Shown here: positions 58,208 to 59,874 of the stretch, piece by piece
Layout: the number at the start of each line of letters is the position of its first letter
Position numbering within the stretch: position 1 is the first letter of the stretch
Assembly (NCBI GenBank): GCA_043742785.1
Contig: JAYTXU010000070.1
Location: 1-59,874, forward strand
Reading direction: 5' to 3'
Length of the DNA stretch: 59,874 bases
Origin: Candidatus Omnitrophota bacterium
Lineage (GTDB): Bacteria; Omnitrophota; Gorgyraeia; Zapsychrales; Fredricksoniimonadaceae
Notes under the pieces: generated by a model
Databases searched by the model: none
What the model saw: the letters and a program-made list of their open reading frames with translations, nothing else
What the model was told of the DNA's origin: nothing
Made by a program: the position numbers and the translations under genes

Positions 58208-59439
58208 TTCTGTAAAAGTTTAAGAGTTCTCTCAAGAGCTCCTTGATTCGCTTGAACGACCCCAAAAGCTTTATCTCCTAACTGCTTTCTTAAATCCTGA
58301 TCCTTCATTAAACGCCCCACTTGGGCTTCAAACTCCTCTGCATTCTTAACTTGAATAATAGCTTCTTGAGATTTAAAAAGAGCTGTAATGTCTCTAAAAT
58401 TATCCATCCTAGGTCCTACAATAATCGGCTTAGCATAAAAAGCTGGCTCAATGATATTCTGCCCACCGCCACCGCAAAGACTTTTGCCAACAAATACAAA
58501 AGACGCTTTTGAATAGAGAGACCGTAGATGTCCAATGGTATCAAGAACAATCACACAATCAGAGCTTATAGCATCCGAAGATATTTGTGAAAAACGAAGC
58601 GCCTTCAATCCTTGGGACTGTACTAAATCAATAATTTGCTCACTTCTCTCCACATGCCTTGGCGCAATGATCAAAGAACAGGCATCTTTATACTCTTGAA
58701 GAACTTTAAGGATGATTTCTTCTTCCCCTGGATGAGTGCTTCCTGCAATCCATAGCAGACGGTTTCCGTCTATCGACAATTTAAGATCCTTATCCTGAAT
58801 GGAACTCAGCTGATCAAACTTCACATTGCCGACAGTAACAACCTTCTCTTGAGGAGCTCCCAATTCGATAATGCGATTGGTATCCTTCTCGCTTTGCATA
58901 CAAAACAAAGAAACCTTCTTCAATGTTTCTTTCAAGAGGAATCCAATAGCTTTATACCTCCCAAAAGAAACATCGGAAATACGTCCATTCATAATCACAA
59001 TTGGAATCTCTTGTTTATAAAGACGGTCAAATAAATTAGGCCAGATTTCTGTCTCAGCAACAATATAGATTCTTGGTTTAATCAAACGTACAAAAGAAGA
59101 AACCACCCAGGTGAAATCCAATGGTGAAGGAATAATGATGGCGCTTTGAGAAAGCTTACTCTGAGCCAACTCATAACCCGTTTTCGTAGTCACTGTAACT
59201 ACAATCCTATCTTTAGGATATCGAACTTTAAGCTTCGCCACCAATGGGATAATAGCCATGATCTCCCCCACACTCACAGCATGGATCCAGATCGCAGATT
59301 TAGTTCCACCTAAACGACTTTTTAGGTCTAAGGGAAAGAAGCCCAAACGGCAGCCATAACCTTTATACCAGCGGCCGGTTAAAAGCAGATAGGGCAAGTA
59401 GATAAGTATATATACTAGGAATAAAAAATTAAAAAACAC
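58198..59439 (-). CDS. waaA: Kdo transferase
   Basis: WIHAVSVGE, ETEIWPN, NGRIS, AGSTHPGEE, APRH, GGQNIIEPA. Confidence 0.95.
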   Translation of the reverse strand: MFFNFLFLVYILIYLPYLLLTGRWYKGYGCRLGFFPLDLKSRLGGTKSAIWIHAVSVGEIMAIIPLVAKLKVRYPKDRIVVTVTTKTGYELAQSKLSQSAIIIPSPLDFTWVVSSFVRLIKPRIYIVAETEIWPNLFDRLYKQEIPIVIMNGRISDVSFGRYKAIGFLLKETLKKVSLFCMQSEKDTNRIIELGAPQEKVVTVGNVKFDQLSSIQDKDLKLSIDGNRLLWIAGSTHPGEEEIILKVLQEYKDACSLIIAPRHVERSEQIIDLVQSQGLKALRFSQISSDAISSDCVIVLDTIGHLRSLYSKASFVFVGKSLCGGGGQNIIEPAFYAKPIIVGPRMDNFRDITALFKSQEAIIQVKNAEEFEAQVGRLMKDQDLRKQLGDKAFGVVQANQGALERTLKLLQKWL

Positions 59440-59525
59440 GAGGATTATTTTACATCGAATATCACAGACGGGCTAGTGAAAGTTTATTGTTGTATCTGAA
59501 AGGTGTGGATTTCTAGAAGTTCTAT

Positions 59526-59777
59526 TTAGGCATGAGCTACTTTATGAAGAACTTCAGAAATAAACGTCTGATATTTAATTCCAAACTTCTTGGCTTTATT
59601 CTTAATGCTTTCTAAATCGTAGCTACTAATACGAATATTAAGGACCGTATCTTTCTTACGCCGAGCAATAGCTTGTGAAATCACTTCAAACTCAGCACCT
59701 TTAACAGGGATGTATTCATGGATATGATCTTCAATCAATTGCTCCTGTTTCGATAATCTCATCTTTCTTGGGTCCAT
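59526..59777 (-). CDS. Antitoxin with CopG/RHH-like C-terminus
   Basis: KKDTVLNIRISSYDLESIK.KA...GIKYQTFI pattern; directly follows a toxin-like gene. Confidence 0.75.
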   Translation of the reverse strand: MDPRKMRLSKQEQLIEDHIHEYIPVKGAEFEVISQAIARRKKDTVLNIRISSYDLESIKNKAKKFGIKYQTFISEVLHKVAHA

Positions 59778-59778
59778 C

Positions 59779-59874
59779 TTATAATTCCTTCTTATAAATC
59801 TTGGTTAATTTTCTACTGGGATAAATTGTTTTCAAAAAGATCTTATCCCCTTCTATGACACTAGGCACTGCCCA
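59779..59874 (-). CDS. C-terminal part of a BrnT/DUF4258-like toxin (begins outside the window)
   Basis: Manual translation WAVPSVIEGDKIFLKTIYPSRKLTKIYKKEL*. Confidence 0.7.
   Translation of the reverse strand, partial: WAVPSVIEGDKIFLKTIYPSRKLTKIYKKEL

Noticed and set aside
778-59034. Numerous short antisense or alternate-frame ORFs in the six-frame track
   Set aside because: They overlap well-supported genes and show no recognisable motifs.
59855-59870. TGACACTAGGCACT, REP-like sequence at the window end
   Set aside because: Spacing differs from family A and it lies in the toxin coding region; probably chance.

Overview
AT-rich bacterial chromosomal segment, almost all on the minus strand. 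Gene content and one protein family suggest Candidatus Omnitrophota (PVC group); that placement is an inference. Housekeeping genes: trpC'-trpD-trpG, murA, prmC, prfA, rpmE, rho, coaE, glgA, polA, folD, trxB, korAB, bioB, ldhA, pntA/B, a xanthine-dehydrogenase-family molybdoenzyme cluster, nadC, valS, cimA, lysC-apgM-coaB-thrC-hom, tRNA-Pro(GGG) and a lipid A/LPS core cluster. Two things stand out. (1) An accessory island at about 18.0-23.8 kb carries four tandem ORF6N-domain genes. Each has a 27-29 bp DNA palindrome at the same codon position inside its most variable segment. The palindrome sequence differs between copies, its symmetry is kept, and its type tracks the upstream candidate recognition helix. 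The island also has a repeat-dense non-coding block, a wHTH membrane protein, an apparently emptied giant-protein gene and a vapBC pair with a frameshifted toxin. (2) Four families of short palindromic repeats are present, one linked to a RAYT transposase in the window. Several copies sit in frame inside housekeeping genes (prmC three times, valS, coaE, the Mo subunit, a GT9), and one is nested inside another repeat.
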